From positions 1 to 64,000 of the forward strand of contig JAQBGU010000107.1 of NCBI GenBank assembly GCA_032128375.1: 64,000 nt of DNA. Reading direction: 5' to 3'. Within the stretch, counting starts at the first letter, position 1. Every line of letters starts with the position of its first letter. Under the pieces are notes generated by a model that did no database searches, was not told the DNA's origin, and saw only the letters and a list, made by a program, of their open reading frames with translations. Of this stretch, positions 9,421 through 18,920 are shown one piece after another. The position numbers and the translations under genes were made by a program. This DNA comes from Deltaproteobacteria bacterium (lineage in GTDB: Bacteria; Myxococcota_A; UBA9160; SMWR01).

Positions 9421-9739
9421 GTCCGCGGGGAAATAGTGGATCGACAGTCAGCGCCGATCGCGCGAAATGCCCTGTCGGACAGCCCGATGACGATCTGCGA
9501 CGGCGATCGATCCACGATTCTGGGCACGAGTGCGCCAACTCGAGCGCGGCGAGCTGTGGGTGGGCGAGCGTCGTGAAACGCAAGCCGTCGGTATCCAGGC
9601 GATTCAGCAGGTGTGATGCAAAGCCCGCTTCGATGCGACTGGACCCGACGACGAAGACGTCGCCGGGTCTCGAGATCGCAAGCTGGACCGATCGTGCACG
9701 ACACCGGCTTGCAGCCGAGTATTCGCGCTGCGCGTTCAC
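9371..9739 (-). CDS. Hypothetical protein (doubtful)
   Basis: GTG start overlaps the DUF4340 stop (GTGA) and the ORF fills a 300-bp gap; no recognisable motif. Confidence 0.3.
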   Translation of the reverse strand: MNAQREYSAASRCRARSVQLAISRPGDVFVVGSSRIEAGFASHLLNRLDTDGLRFTTLAHPQLAALELAHSCPESWIDRRRRSSSGCPTGHFARSALTVDPLFPRGLSVAEFRASRRGGGRC

Positions 9740-11202
9740 CCGCTCGGTTCGTGCACACCCGGTAGGCTGCCTTTTGGAGAACCATCAGCGGGTACATCGG
9801 TCGGTTTCGGCGCGAGGAAGTGATTGTTCAGCGCTTCAGTGCTGAGCGGAACATTCTCGCCGATCTCCGGGCCCAACTGGAAGACGGTTGAGCTGCCTGG
9901 GATCTGCGCGGGTATGCCCACCGCTCGCGGGGTACCCAGCCGGAGATCCGCCAGTGGTGCCGTATCGTCCTCCCCGTAGACCGTGATCGAGACTTGCGCC
10001 GGGTCGAGACCGATCGCGGCTAGTTCGTCCGGCCCAATTTCGTCGGCCAGGATCGATCCTGCGCGCAGACGCGAGAGCTCGGTCACCATCGCTGCGAGCT
10101 TGCCCTCTGCAAATTCATCCGGTGTAGCGGTCCAGCCAGCGTCGCCCTGGGTCGCGGTGATCGCGATCGTCTCACCCTCTTCCGTCAGGAAGCCGAGTTC
10201 GATGCGCTTGGCGTCGAACGGGGAAAATTTACCGAGCTGCCGGAACCGATACGGCGAGAGCCCTGTCGGGAAATCCACGGTCTGCGCTACCGGAATCGTG
10301 TACAGCGACGCTTCGCCGGCGCGCACGATCTGCGACGCGCCGTCGGCCGAAACCCCGCCCAGCACCACGGCGACAACTCGCACCTCGGCGCCCTCGTCGG
10401 CCGCCAGTTCGATGCGCGCCTCGAACGCCGGCCGATCCAATCCCAACTGCGCGTCAGTGCCCGGTTCGTCGATGAACCCGTCGGCACGCAACGTGGAAAG
10501 GGTGGACAACAGTTCGTCGACCGTCAGCTCGTCCGCGGGGCCCTGGATCGGCTCGACGAGCCGCCATCCTGCGTCGGCCTTTTCGATCGCGACGCCAGCC
10601 ACACCCTCGCCATCGGGCCACGATAGGCGGATCGTTCGCACCGCACTGCGGTCGAATCTCGCAATCCGCTTCTCGCGCAAATCCTCGAAGGACTTTTTGA
10701 ACGCCCCCATCCGGTGCGACGCCACGATGTAAACGGTGTCGTTACCCTCGACTGCAGCGTACGCGTTTGCGCCAACGGGCGTGGCGTTTCCGAGCGCAAG
10801 AGCCCCTTGGGCCCCGGCCGCCGTAAAGCGAACGAGGTATTCATCGGTCTTGGTGGAGCCGAGCCCGTAGACCCCATGCGGTCGCGGGTCTTCGATCACC
10901 GATTCGCTCAGGATCGAGGTCAACGCGCTCGCGATCCCATCGACGGCGAAGTCGTCGGCCGGAAAGTCGAGCGGGGCCGTTATGCGCCAGCGGTTGTCGA
11001 CCCGGCCGATCTCGACGCGTACCGCGTCCGTCGTGTGCAGCGTGATCGTCTCGATCGACTCCTGTTCGACGCCCGGAAAGAGTCGTTTGGTGGCCTCCTC
11101 GGCGTCCTTGCGGCCCTGTTCGCCTTCGATCTCGTAGAAATAGACGAACGTCGCCAACACGGCCGCTAGAACGAACAGGATCCCGGTAGCTTTGGGATTC
11201 AT
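9736..11202 (-). CDS. DUF4340 domain-containing protein
   Basis: N-terminal TM helix; repeated W....P....AD...V..L...L..L...YGL units; DLREK; follows GldG. Confidence 0.85.
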   Translation of the reverse strand: MNPKATGILFVLAAVLATFVYFYEIEGEQGRKDAEEATKRLFPGVEQESIETITLHTTDAVRVEIGRVDNRWRITAPLDFPADDFAVDGIASALTSILSESVIEDPRPHGVYGLGSTKTDEYLVRFTAAGAQGALALGNATPVGANAYAAVEGNDTVYIVASHRMGAFKKSFEDLREKRIARFDRSAVRTIRLSWPDGEGVAGVAIEKADAGWRLVEPIQGPADELTVDELLSTLSTLRADGFIDEPGTDAQLGLDRPAFEARIELAADEGAEVRVVAVVLGGVSADGASQIVRAGEASLYTIPVAQTVDFPTGLSPYRFRQLGKFSPFDAKRIELGFLTEEGETIAITATQGDAGWTATPDEFAEGKLAAMVTELSRLRAGSILADEIGPDELAAIGLDPAQVSITVYGEDDTAPLADLRLGTPRAVGIPAQIPGSSTVFQLGPEIGENVPLSTEALNNHFLAPKPTDVPADGSPKGSLPGVHEPSG

Positions 11203-12797
11203 CGCGGCGTGTTCTGGCGCCGGCTCCACCAGGTGAAGACTCCCAGTACCGCGAGTGCCTCGGGCAACGCGAACAGCGAGAAGAGCCGAATCGTCTGGAA
11301 CTGAGCGGTGGACAACTGGAAACGCGATGCGCGCGCCGTGTTGGGCCGCAAAGAGATCGCCTCGACATCGCCGAGCAACCAGTTCACCGTGTTCACAAAC
11401 AGGTCGCGGTTGCGGTAGGCGCCCAACAACTCATTGGCCGCGAAGTCCGCATCGCCGAATACCGCGAGCCGCGCTTCTACATTCCCCGAGTCGGTGTCGC
11501 CATCGACCGAGTCCGCAGCCGCCTCATCGAATACTACGATACCGGCGACAGCCACCGGAACAGGTCCCGCCAGATCTTCGGCACCAAGCTCGGCATCCCC
11601 CTGGTCGTAAAAGCGCTCGAGGTCGCTCTCGGCCCAGGATTCCTTACCGGTCAGCACGATCTCGGTAAAGCTGCCCGCCGCGCCCTCGCGTTGCTTCACG
11701 CTGCGAACGACATGAAACAGCGTCGTTTCGCGCATGTCCCGCGTGATGGCGTGATCGGCGTATTGGCTGGCAAAAGGCGTCGTCGCGCGCCCGAACAGCG
11801 CTTGCTGGCGGTCGACGACCACGTCCTCGCCGAGGGCCACACCCCACTCGGCCAACTTCTCGACGAGGTCGGTGTTCGCTCGCGGATCGACCAACGCGAG
11901 CAGCGCGCCACCGCGTCGCAAGTAGGCATCGAGCGCCGCCGATTCCTCGGGCCGCAGCGTCCGTGTTGGCCCCGCAACGATCACGACATCTGCATCGTCG
12001 GGAACTGCCCCTTTGGCGGCCAGCAGCAACCGTTCGACGCTGTAGTTCTCGTTGCGAAGCGCTTCAGCTGCCAGCGAGTAGGCCTCCTTGGCGGCGGCGG
12101 CTTCGGCATCGATTGCACGCTCGTTGTGGCCCTCGAGAAAGTAGACCGTCTTTTCACCCGTCCGCGTCAGCTTGACGATCGCGTTGGTGATCTTTTCTTC
12201 GGTCAGCTCATCGAGCGTGACGACCTCGTCGCGATAGGCCAAGCGCAGCAGACCGTGCCCCAGCTGTTCGGAATTGATCGCGTAACGCTCGAGCAAATCC
12301 GGCTGTTCGTTCGGGTCTGCGATGACTTCGACAACGAAGCGCTCCGTTTCGTAGGCGTAGCGATCGAGTGTCTCCTTTACGCCGCCAACCTCGCTGCGCG
12401 CGAACAACCCGACGACCCTGACGTCCTCGTCGAGCGCGGCCAGCACTTTCTGAGTCTGGTCCGTCAACGAGTGGACCTGCTGCTCACTCCAATCGAAACG
12501 CTTGGAGTACCGGTTCGCCATGAAGCCACCCAAACCCAGGATCACAATCGCGAGTAGGGTCGAAATGACTGCACTCGAGCCGTGCTTGGAGGCGCGCCGG
12601 GCCTCGCCGGAGCTCATCCGCTCGCGTAGAGCATCGAGGTTGATCACAGCCCCAGAAGCCAGCAACACGACGCCGACCACGCCGTGGACGATGCTCCAGC
12701 TCAAGTGCGTGACACCCGTCAGCGCCATGAAGAAGCTGGCGAGCGCAAACAGGATGGATACGCCCCCAAGCGCACCCAGAAGTGATGAGACTCCCAT
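11199..12797 (-). CDS. GldG-family ABC transporter auxiliary component
   Basis: N-terminal TMs, RFDWSEQQVHSLTDQT, VYFLEGHNE, VFGDADF, NRDLFVNTVNWL, C-terminal TM. Confidence 0.88.
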   Translation of the reverse strand: MGVSSLLGALGGVSILFALASFFMALTGVTHLSWSIVHGVVGVVLLASGAVINLDALRERMSSGEARRASKHGSSAVISTLLAIVILGLGGFMANRYSKRFDWSEQQVHSLTDQTQKVLAALDEDVRVVGLFARSEVGGVKETLDRYAYETERFVVEVIADPNEQPDLLERYAINSEQLGHGLLRLAYRDEVVTLDELTEEKITNAIVKLTRTGEKTVYFLEGHNERAIDAEAAAAKEAYSLAAEALRNENYSVERLLLAAKGAVPDDADVVIVAGPTRTLRPEESAALDAYLRRGGALLALVDPRANTDLVEKLAEWGVALGEDVVVDRQQALFGRATTPFASQYADHAITRDMRETTLFHVVRSVKQREGAAGSFTEIVLTGKESWAESDLERFYDQGDAELGAEDLAGPVPVAVAGIVVFDEAAADSVDGDTDSGNVEARLAVFGDADFAANELLGAYRNRDLFVNTVNWLLGDVEAISLRPNTARASRFQLSTAQFQTIRLFSLFALPEALAVLGVFTWWSRRQNTPR

Positions 12798-12828
12798 CAG
12801 TGCACCCCTCCGAAATAGCTGCTCGCCA

Positions 12829-13614
12829 TTATCGCCATCTCACAGACTCCACCGAAGCCTTCGTCAGCAGCAAAAAGACCCCGATCATCACGGCGAAGTA
12901 CGCCAGGTCCGCCGTGTCGACGAGGCCTTTCAGGAGATTTTCAAAGTGCAGTGCGGCCGATAGGTAGCGGAGCCCATCTGCCACGGCCGGCGCGGATCCG
13001 GCCACACCGAAGTCCGCGACGGCTGGAAGCAACAGCAGTGTAAGGAGCACCACGAACGAGATCAGAAATGCGATGATCTGGTTGCGTGTGACCGAAGATG
13101 CAAAGCCACCGATCGCGACGTACGTCCAGCCCACCAACAGGATCCCGAGCAGACCCGACACGGTCTTGCCAACTTCGGGATCTCCGTAGGCGAAAAGCAA
13201 CCCGGGAAACATGCCGACTAGCAGCGTGAGCAGCGCGACGAAGATTGCCCCTGCTGCGAACTTTCCCAGCACGATGTCCCAGATCGTCAATGGGCTCGTC
13301 AGAAGCATTTCCTCGGTCCGGTTGCTCTTTTCCGACGCGTACAACCCCATCGTGATGCCGGGTATCAGGAACATCAACACGACCGACATCGAGCCATAGA
13401 ACTCACCGATCAGGCGGTCGTTCAGGTTCCACTGGGCCAATTCATCGAATGCCTGATACTGCTGCATACGCATCAGCATCTCGTTGAACCAGGCGACATC
13501 GAGGATGAAAAACACACCCGCGAGTACGGAGAACAAGCTCAGGACTCCGTATGCGATCGGAGATACGAACAGCGAGCGTAACTCACGCCCCGCTATCGAG
13601 CCGATGTGCTTCAC
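12829..13614 (-). CDS. ABC-2 type permease (GldF-like)
   Basis: RELRSLFVSPIAY, PGITMGLYASEK...EMLLTSP..IVLGKF, NQIIA. Confidence 0.9.
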   Translation of the reverse strand: MKHIGSIAGRELRSLFVSPIAYGVLSLFSVLAGVFFILDVAWFNEMLMRMQQYQAFDELAQWNLNDRLIGEFYGSMSVVLMFLIPGITMGLYASEKSNRTEEMLLTSPLTIWDIVLGKFAAGAIFVALLTLLVGMFPGLLFAYGDPEVGKTVSGLLGILLVGWTYVAIGGFASSVTRNQIIAFLISFVVLLTLLLLPAVADFGVAGSAPAVADGLRYLSAALHFENLLKGLVDTADLAYFAVMIGVFLLLTKASVESVRWR

Positions 13615-14384
13615 GATGCCGCCTCCTGCGCCGGCTCGGCTGGCTCCATATCGGCCGCATCGCGAGATGTGTGCCGGGCAAAGATTTCCTCGAGAGTGGT
13701 TCCATCTGCCGTCAGCTCATCGAGTGGCGCGTCGACCACCTTGCGGCCCTGGTGAATCAGGATCACGCGGCGGCAAATGGCATCGACTTCGGCCATGATA
13801 TGCGTCGAAAGGATCACGGTGTGCTGTGCCACACCCCGGCCCGGTGCCGTCAGTTCTGAGATCAGGGCGCGAATCTCACGAATCTGCAGCGGGTCGAGTC
13901 CGGCGGTCGGTTCATCGAGGATCAGCACAGGCGGGTCGTGCACGATGGCCTGCGCCAGTCCTACGCGCTGCCGAAATCCCTTCGACAGCGTTCCAATCAC
14001 CTGGCGGTGCACGTGCGTCAGATCGGTTCGCTCGATTGCGCGCTCTACCGCGTCACGTCGCTGCTTCCTCGCCACGTCCTTGATGCGCGCCACGAATGCC
14101 AGATACGACTCGACGGTCATTTCGGGATACAGCGGCGGCATCTCCGGCATGTAACCGATCGCGCGGCGCGCTGCGATCGGATCTTCGAAGATGTCGTGGC
14201 CGGCGATGACAGCGGTTCCATCGGTGGGCGGCAAGAAGCCCGTGATCATGCGCATCGTCGTGGTTTTTCCGGCGCCGTTGGGCCCCAGAAATCCGACGAC
14301 CTCGCCTTTGCCAATCGAAAACGACACATCGTCCACGGCGGCCAGGTCGCCATAACGCTTGGAAAGCCCCCTCGCTTCAATCAC
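13611..14384 (-). CDS. ABC transporter ATP-binding protein (GldA-like)
   Basis: GPNGAGKTT, LSKGFRQRVGLAQA, LILDEPT, STH. Confidence 0.95.
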   Translation of the reverse strand: MIEARGLSKRYGDLAAVDDVSFSIGKGEVVGFLGPNGAGKTTTMRMITGFLPPTDGTAVIAGHDIFEDPIAARRAIGYMPEMPPLYPEMTVESYLAFVARIKDVARKQRRDAVERAIERTDLTHVHRQVIGTLSKGFRQRVGLAQAIVHDPPVLILDEPTAGLDPLQIREIRALISELTAPGRGVAQHTVILSTHIMAEVDAICRRVILIHQGRKVVDAPLDELTADGTTLEEIFARHTSRDAADMEPAEPAQEAAS

Positions 14385-14480
14385 GGTATCACCACTCTCC
14401 TTCGGCCCTTCGCCACATGCGTGCGCGGCGCGATCTTGTTTCGCGCCTTGTCCGCACTTGGGTTCCAGTGCGCGTTTCTC

Positions 14481-14560
14481 TTTCTGTCAGCTTCTGTCAG
14501 CTTCTGTCAGCTTCGGTCAGCTTCGGTCAGCTTCAGCCAGCTTCGGTCAGCTTCAGCCAG
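14481..14560. repeat. 10-bp tandem repeat x8 (CTTCDGYCAG), intergenic
   Basis: tttctgtcag cttctgtcag cttctgtcag cttcggtcag cttcggtcag cttcagccag cttcggtcag cttcagccag. Confidence 0.95.
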
Positions 14561-14582
14561 CATTCAGTAGATCCTGATGGGC

Positions 14583-15215
14583 TCAAGTACAGATCCCATT
14601 GAGGTAAACCTCGACGACCGTCCGGGCGACGCGATCGAAGTAGTCGCCCTCTTTCTCGCCGGCCTCAATTTCGATCACTCCCAGCACGAGCCCGGTAATA
14701 ACGATCTCGAGCCCCCCGATCAACACATAGCACGCAATTTTGGGATCGAGATCTACTCGAACCTCGCCTCCCGCCTGGCCATCCCGCAAGATTGCCGCGA
14801 TCATCGCGAACAATTTGCCCACCGCGTGCATCTGACCGGGTTCTGCGAAGCGCGACGAGCGTTGAATCTCGAGCACTACGACCTTGACCCACTCGGGTCG
14901 TACCCGATAGGCGTTCACGATCAATTTCGCGATGGAGAGCAGCTTGTCTCGGGATGACTCATTCGAAGCTGCTATCGCGCTCACCACATCCAGGAAGCCA
15001 CCCCAGCGCTCTTCGAAGATGCTGTTGAGGACTTCTTCTTTGTTTTTGAAGTAGTGGTAGACGAGGCCGTACGCGATCCCGGCTTCCTCGGCGATATCCG
15101 ACACCCGCGCTGCGTGGTAACCCGTCCGAGCAAATACCCGGATCGCGGCGTCCAATATGGCAGTTCGTTTGTCTCGGCGAGCAGTTGATTCGGGGGCGGC
15201 AGGCAATTTGACCAC
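14583..15215 (-). CDS. TetR/AcrR family transcriptional regulator
   Basis: ILDAAIRVFARTGYHAARVSDIAEEAGIAYGLVYHYFKNKEE HTH. Confidence 0.95.
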   Translation of the reverse strand: MVKLPAAPESTARRDKRTAILDAAIRVFARTGYHAARVSDIAEEAGIAYGLVYHYFKNKEEVLNSIFEERWGGFLDVVSAIAASNESSRDKLLSIAKLIVNAYRVRPEWVKVVVLEIQRSSRFAEPGQMHAVGKLFAMIAAILRDGQAGGEVRVDLDPKIACYVLIGGLEIVITGLVLGVIEIEAGEKEGDYFDRVARTVVEVYLNGICT

Positions 15216-15243
15216 TGCAGTGCGTGTCTAAGGGGAGCCGCTG

Positions 15244-15271
15244 ACTATATGAACTCAACCTGCGCCGTCAA
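15244..15271 (-). promoter_or_regulatory. Putative sigma70 promoter of tetR
   Basis: Minus strand TTGACG-16 bp-TATAGT about 30 bp upstream of the start. Confidence 0.5.
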
Positions 15272-15336
15272 TACTTCATGAATCCCAAACAGGAGCTGGA
15301 GTAGCCAACTCGACCAGACGGACTATCCTACTGGAA

Positions 15337-15639
15337 ATGCATAGGTTTCTGTTCGTTGAAGTCGTCCTGGTCGCCGTCGTGACGGGACTGGTGGCAGGGC
15401 CCGCCGCGGCGAGCGTGCCGCCGCCCGGATCATCACTCCCGTCAGCGCTCCGACTGCCCGTCGCTAACCCTCCCGGTCTCACGACTGGCCAGCCTGCTGG
15501 CGATTGGCGGGGTCGCTATTGCACGACCCCGTCGTGCACCGGCGGGTCGTCCCAACCGGGGTCGGCTGCACTCGGCTTTGGATCGGCCGTGCTCGCTGCG
15601 GGCTGGATCGCGAGGCGGCGCCGTCCGCTGGAAAGCTGA
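15337..15639 (+). CDS. Small exported protein with MYXO-CTERM-like C-terminal sorting tail
   Basis: Signal peptide ending AAA; C-terminus SC-linker-hydrophobic helix-RRRR. Confidence 0.6.
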   Translation: MHRFLFVEVVLVAVVTGLVAGPAAASVPPPGSSLPSALRLPVANPPGLTTGQPAGDWRGRYCTTPSCTGGSSQPGSAALGFGSAVLAAGWIARRRRPLES

Positions 15640-15650
15640 ACGGGCGGATC

Positions 15651-16763
15651 ATGCGGATTGCGCTCTTCATCGAGCGATTCGAACCTGGTCGCGGGGGCGT
15701 CGAAAACGTCGCGTGGACGGTGGCGCACGACCTCGCCCGTGCGGGCGACGAAGTTCACGTAGTCGCTCGCCGGTCCAGCGCCCAGGCGCAGGTTCGTGTT
15801 CACAAGGTCGATGTTTCTGATCGCTGGCAGCCGATGCGGGTATCGCGTTTTTCCCGCGCAACAGCCCGTGTCGCTCCGCGCGGTTCATTCGACGTCGTCT
15901 ACTCGCTCGCGCGCACCGAACATCAAGACGTCTATCGAGCCGGGGCCGGAAGCCACGCGAGCTACATGGAGCGGCGCTACCGGAAGCTGTCGGGGTCGCT
16001 GTATAGGCTATCCCCACGACACGCGGTCCTGCTTTCAATCGAGCGCCGCGTGTTTCGCGATGCGAGCCAGACGGTTCAATGCGGTTCCGAGATGGTTCGA
16101 CGCGAACTCCAACAACGCTACGAGATCTCGAGCGAGCGCCTGGTCGTCGTCCGCAACGGCGTCGACCTCGACCGTTTCCGACAGACACCCGAAATCCGCG
16201 AAACTCATCGCGCACTTCTGCGTACCGAGCTCGGCGCTGGCGACCAGCTGGTCTGGCTCTTTGCCGGGTCGGGGTTCGCTCGCAAGGGCCTCGATACCGC
16301 GCTGCGCGCGCTGGCGCGCGCAGAGCGCGGCGACTGCCAGATGTGGATCGTGGGGGGCGACCGGCCGGCCGCGTGGCAACGTCTCGCGAAATCGCTCGGG
16401 GTCGCAGAGCGGGTGCGCTTCCTGGGATTTCGAGCGGACATGCCCGAACTCTATGCGGCCGCCGACGCGCTGGTCCTGCCCACGCGCTACGACGCCTGCG
16501 CGAACGTCTGCTTCGAAGCGGCGGCGGCCGGAATTCCGATCGTCACGACCGCATCCAACGGTGCGGCCGAGGTGCTGGAAGGCGGCGCCGTCATCATCGA
16601 CGACCCCGAAGATACGGGTGCTGTCGCGGCAGCACTCGACGCTCTGAGCGACCCAGAGACGCGCGCGCGAATGGGCCATTCGGCGCATGCGGCTGCGGCA
16701 CAGCTAGGCTGGAGCGACCACGTTGCGCGCCTTCGCAGACTGTTCGCCGAGCTCGCGGTTTGA
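15651..16763 (+). CDS. GT4 glycosyltransferase (RfaG/WaaG-like, LPS core)
   Basis: GGVE, NGVD, GSGFARKG, YAAADALVLPTRYD...EA.A.G.P. Confidence 0.9.
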   Translation: MRIALFIERFEPGRGGVENVAWTVAHDLARAGDEVHVVARRSSAQAQVRVHKVDVSDRWQPMRVSRFSRATARVAPRGSFDVVYSLARTEHQDVYRAGAGSHASYMERRYRKLSGSLYRLSPRHAVLLSIERRVFRDASQTVQCGSEMVRRELQQRYEISSERLVVVRNGVDLDRFRQTPEIRETHRALLRTELGAGDQLVWLFAGSGFARKGLDTALRALARAERGDCQMWIVGGDRPAAWQRLAKSLGVAERVRFLGFRADMPELYAAADALVLPTRYDACANVCFEAAAAGIPIVTTASNGAAEVLEGGAVIIDDPEDTGAVAAALDALSDPETRARMGHSAHAAAAQLGWSDHVARLRRLFAELAV

Positions 16764-18361
16764 CACAGGAAATCCGCTGGCATCGCGGGAATCGAGCGAT
16801 TCAGACGCAGCTCGCGACGACGCTCGCCGATCCGTCGCGCCATGTTGGAAAACTCGAGTTGCTATTCGATCGACCTGGCCGCCGGCGGCTGTTCCGGCTC
16901 ACGACCGACGCCGGAGACCGGCTATTTGTCAAACAAATATGTCGGCGAAGCTTTCGGGCGTTTCGCGGCGCAGCGGAGGCGGCCGGCCTCGATGCCGCGG
17001 CTCGCGAGTGGCGGGCGCTTTCGACGTTGCACCGCGCGGGAGTTGCAGTCCCCGAGCCAATCGCACTCGGGACGCTGTCAAACGGAGACCGAGTCGTGGC
17101 AACGCGCTTTGTCGAGGGCTCGACCCTGAAGGATCGCCTCGAAGAACCGGACCGCTGCACCCGCAGTGAACACAACGCGATGCTCGTCGCCGTCGGAAAA
17201 CTCGTGCACTGTTTCCACGTTGCCGGCTACATACACCGAGATCTTCACTGGGGAAACATCCTGATCGCGAAATCCGGGCCAGTCCTTTTGGACTTGCAAG
17301 CCGCGCTGCCAGCCAGCGTCGCATTCGCGCGTCGGCGCGATCTGGGCCACCTCGACTACTCGGTCTCTCAGCAATTGACCATCAGTGACCGCACCCGTCT
17401 TCGCGCCGCTGCTCTCGGGATCGAAGGCAGATTCGGTCCTGCCGAACGCCGAGCGTTGCGCGCGGTCGGCGAAGCGTCGATCACATCGGGGCGCACGCAC
17501 GCAGCCAGTCGTACACGTCGATCGCTTCGACCGGGGCGCCAGTACGCGTCAATCCGTTTCGGTCTCCACCGCGGGCTGCGCCGACGCGAGGTGTCCGAAC
17601 GCGACGTTGCGACGGTATTGGCGGCATGCGACGCATCGCGGAGCGACGCAGGCTGCCAGATCCTGAAGGCCGACGCGCGAGCCCAGGTATCCGCGGTATC
17701 GGCGGGCAACCTCAGCTGGATCGTCAAGGACTACCGCAACGGCGGCTGGCTGAGACGCGCAGCAGACCTGTTTCGCGGCTCACCGGCGCGCCGTGCATGG
17801 CTCGGGGGGCACGGCCTGCTGGCTCGGGGAATCGGCAGCGCGCGACCACTTGCGTTCGTCGAGCGCCGGCGCTTCGGGGTTCCAGTCGCGTCCACGATCG
17901 TCTTGGAGGATCTGCGGGGTCTCGAGTCGGCTGATGACTGTCCAACCGATTGGGCCGACGAACGGGAAATCCTGGCTGCGCTGTCGCGACTCGCGATCGA
18001 CTTGCATCGACGCGGCGGCATCCACGGAGACCTGAAGGCGAGCCACGTCCTGCTGGAGCGAGCGGCCGACGGCTTGAATGGGCGCTTGATCGATCTCGAT
18101 GGAGTGCGCTTCCGACGCCGCCTTTCGGATCGCGCGCGGATCCACTCTCTGGCTCAGCTGAACGCGTCGCTACCGGATCACATCTCCAACGCCGAACGCC
18201 TGCGCGCGTTCGGCCGCTACGCGGCCGCGATACCGTTTCGCGGAGACACAAGACGCTGCCTGAGCGAAATCGTCGCCATCAGTCTGGCGCGACGACACCG
18301 ATGGACCGGCAGCGACTGCTCGCTCGCCAACCAGAATCGGCCCCAGGAGTCTGCGCGGTAG
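16760..18361 (+). CDS. Tandem two-domain LPS kinase (Kdo/WaaP/InaA family)
   Basis: Domain 1 FVK...RE...VPEP...HRDLHWGN...LDL; domain 2 VK.Y...HGDLKASH...IDLD; TTG start overlapping the GT4 stop. Confidence 0.8.
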   Translation: MTQEIRWHRGNRAIQTQLATTLADPSRHVGKLELLFDRPGRRRLFRLTTDAGDRLFVKQICRRSFRAFRGAAEAAGLDAAAREWRALSTLHRAGVAVPEPIALGTLSNGDRVVATRFVEGSTLKDRLEEPDRCTRSEHNAMLVAVGKLVHCFHVAGYIHRDLHWGNILIAKSGPVLLDLQAALPASVAFARRRDLGHLDYSVSQQLTISDRTRLRAAALGIEGRFGPAERRALRAVGEASITSGRTHAASRTRRSLRPGRQYASIRFGLHRGLRRREVSERDVATVLAACDASRSDAGCQILKADARAQVSAVSAGNLSWIVKDYRNGGWLRRAADLFRGSPARRAWLGGHGLLARGIGSARPLAFVERRRFGVPVASTIVLEDLRGLESADDCPTDWADEREILAALSRLAIDLHRRGGIHGDLKASHVLLERAADGLNGRLIDLDGVRFRRRLSDRARIHSLAQLNASLPDHISNAERLRAFGRYAAAIPFRGDTRRCLSEIVAISLARRHRWTGSDCSLANQNRPQESAR

Positions 18362-18451
18362 CACGCCAGCTCCAGCGTGCAGGCGACGACGTGGAAGCTT
18401 TCGCCGCGCAGCAGCGAACGCGCAACCAGGTCGCTCCCCCATCCAGCGGGT

Positions 18452-18757
18452 TCAGCGAGAGATCAGTACCCAGCGAAAGTAGCTCGACGAATTCGAGATC
18501 CGGCCCCCCTCACCCAGGCTATACGTCAGTTCGGGCGTCGCATGTGCGCCGTTGACGATCTCTTGGAACGCTTTCAGTTTCGCTTCGGGGTCGTCGGCGT
18601 TGTTGCCGTGGAAGACGATCTCGACTCGGGTTTTGCTCTCGATCACATTGAGGACCAGTGTCGCAAGCGTGAACAACTTCCCGATACCCTCAACGGCCTC
18701 GACCGAGAAGCGCGGGACATCTACTTGCGATAGCTCGAAGCCGTATTCGATTCGCAT
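18452..18757 (-). CDS. Hypothetical protein (101 aa)
   Basis: ATG with GGAGAG RBS; natural amino-acid composition; no motif recognised. Confidence 0.6.
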   Translation of the reverse strand: MRIEYGFELSQVDVPRFSVEAVEGIGKLFTLATLVLNVIESKTRVEIVFHGNNADDPEAKLKAFQEIVNGAHATPELTYSLGEGGRISNSSSYFRWVLISR

Positions 18758-18920
18758 GGCTCTCTCCGTGTCTCCAGCGTGTCAGCGTGTCATGTGTTGA
18801 GTGGTTAGGTGTGCCGTGTTCCATGAAGCGCGCGCAGAGTGCCCTTGCCGCTTCGGGATGTCAATCGCCCGTCGCGTGTATGACCGGCGCGGCTACACAA
18901 CTATGGCCGCAGCAGAACCC

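Noticed and set aside
14481..14560. Tandem arrays (here and at 7743, 35381, 39371, 47003) as CRISPR arrays
   Set aside because: Units are 10-13 bp and contiguous, with no unique spacers and no cas genes.
15420..15480. CCCGTCAGC / CCCGTCGCTAACC resembling the 3' part of a c-di-AMP riboswitch
   Set aside because: The 5' conserved elements are absent and the region reads well as a signal-peptide protein.
16079..16759. N-terminal 227 aa of the 760-aa ORF
   Set aside because: Shadow frame of the GT4 gene; the kinase most likely starts at TTG 16760.
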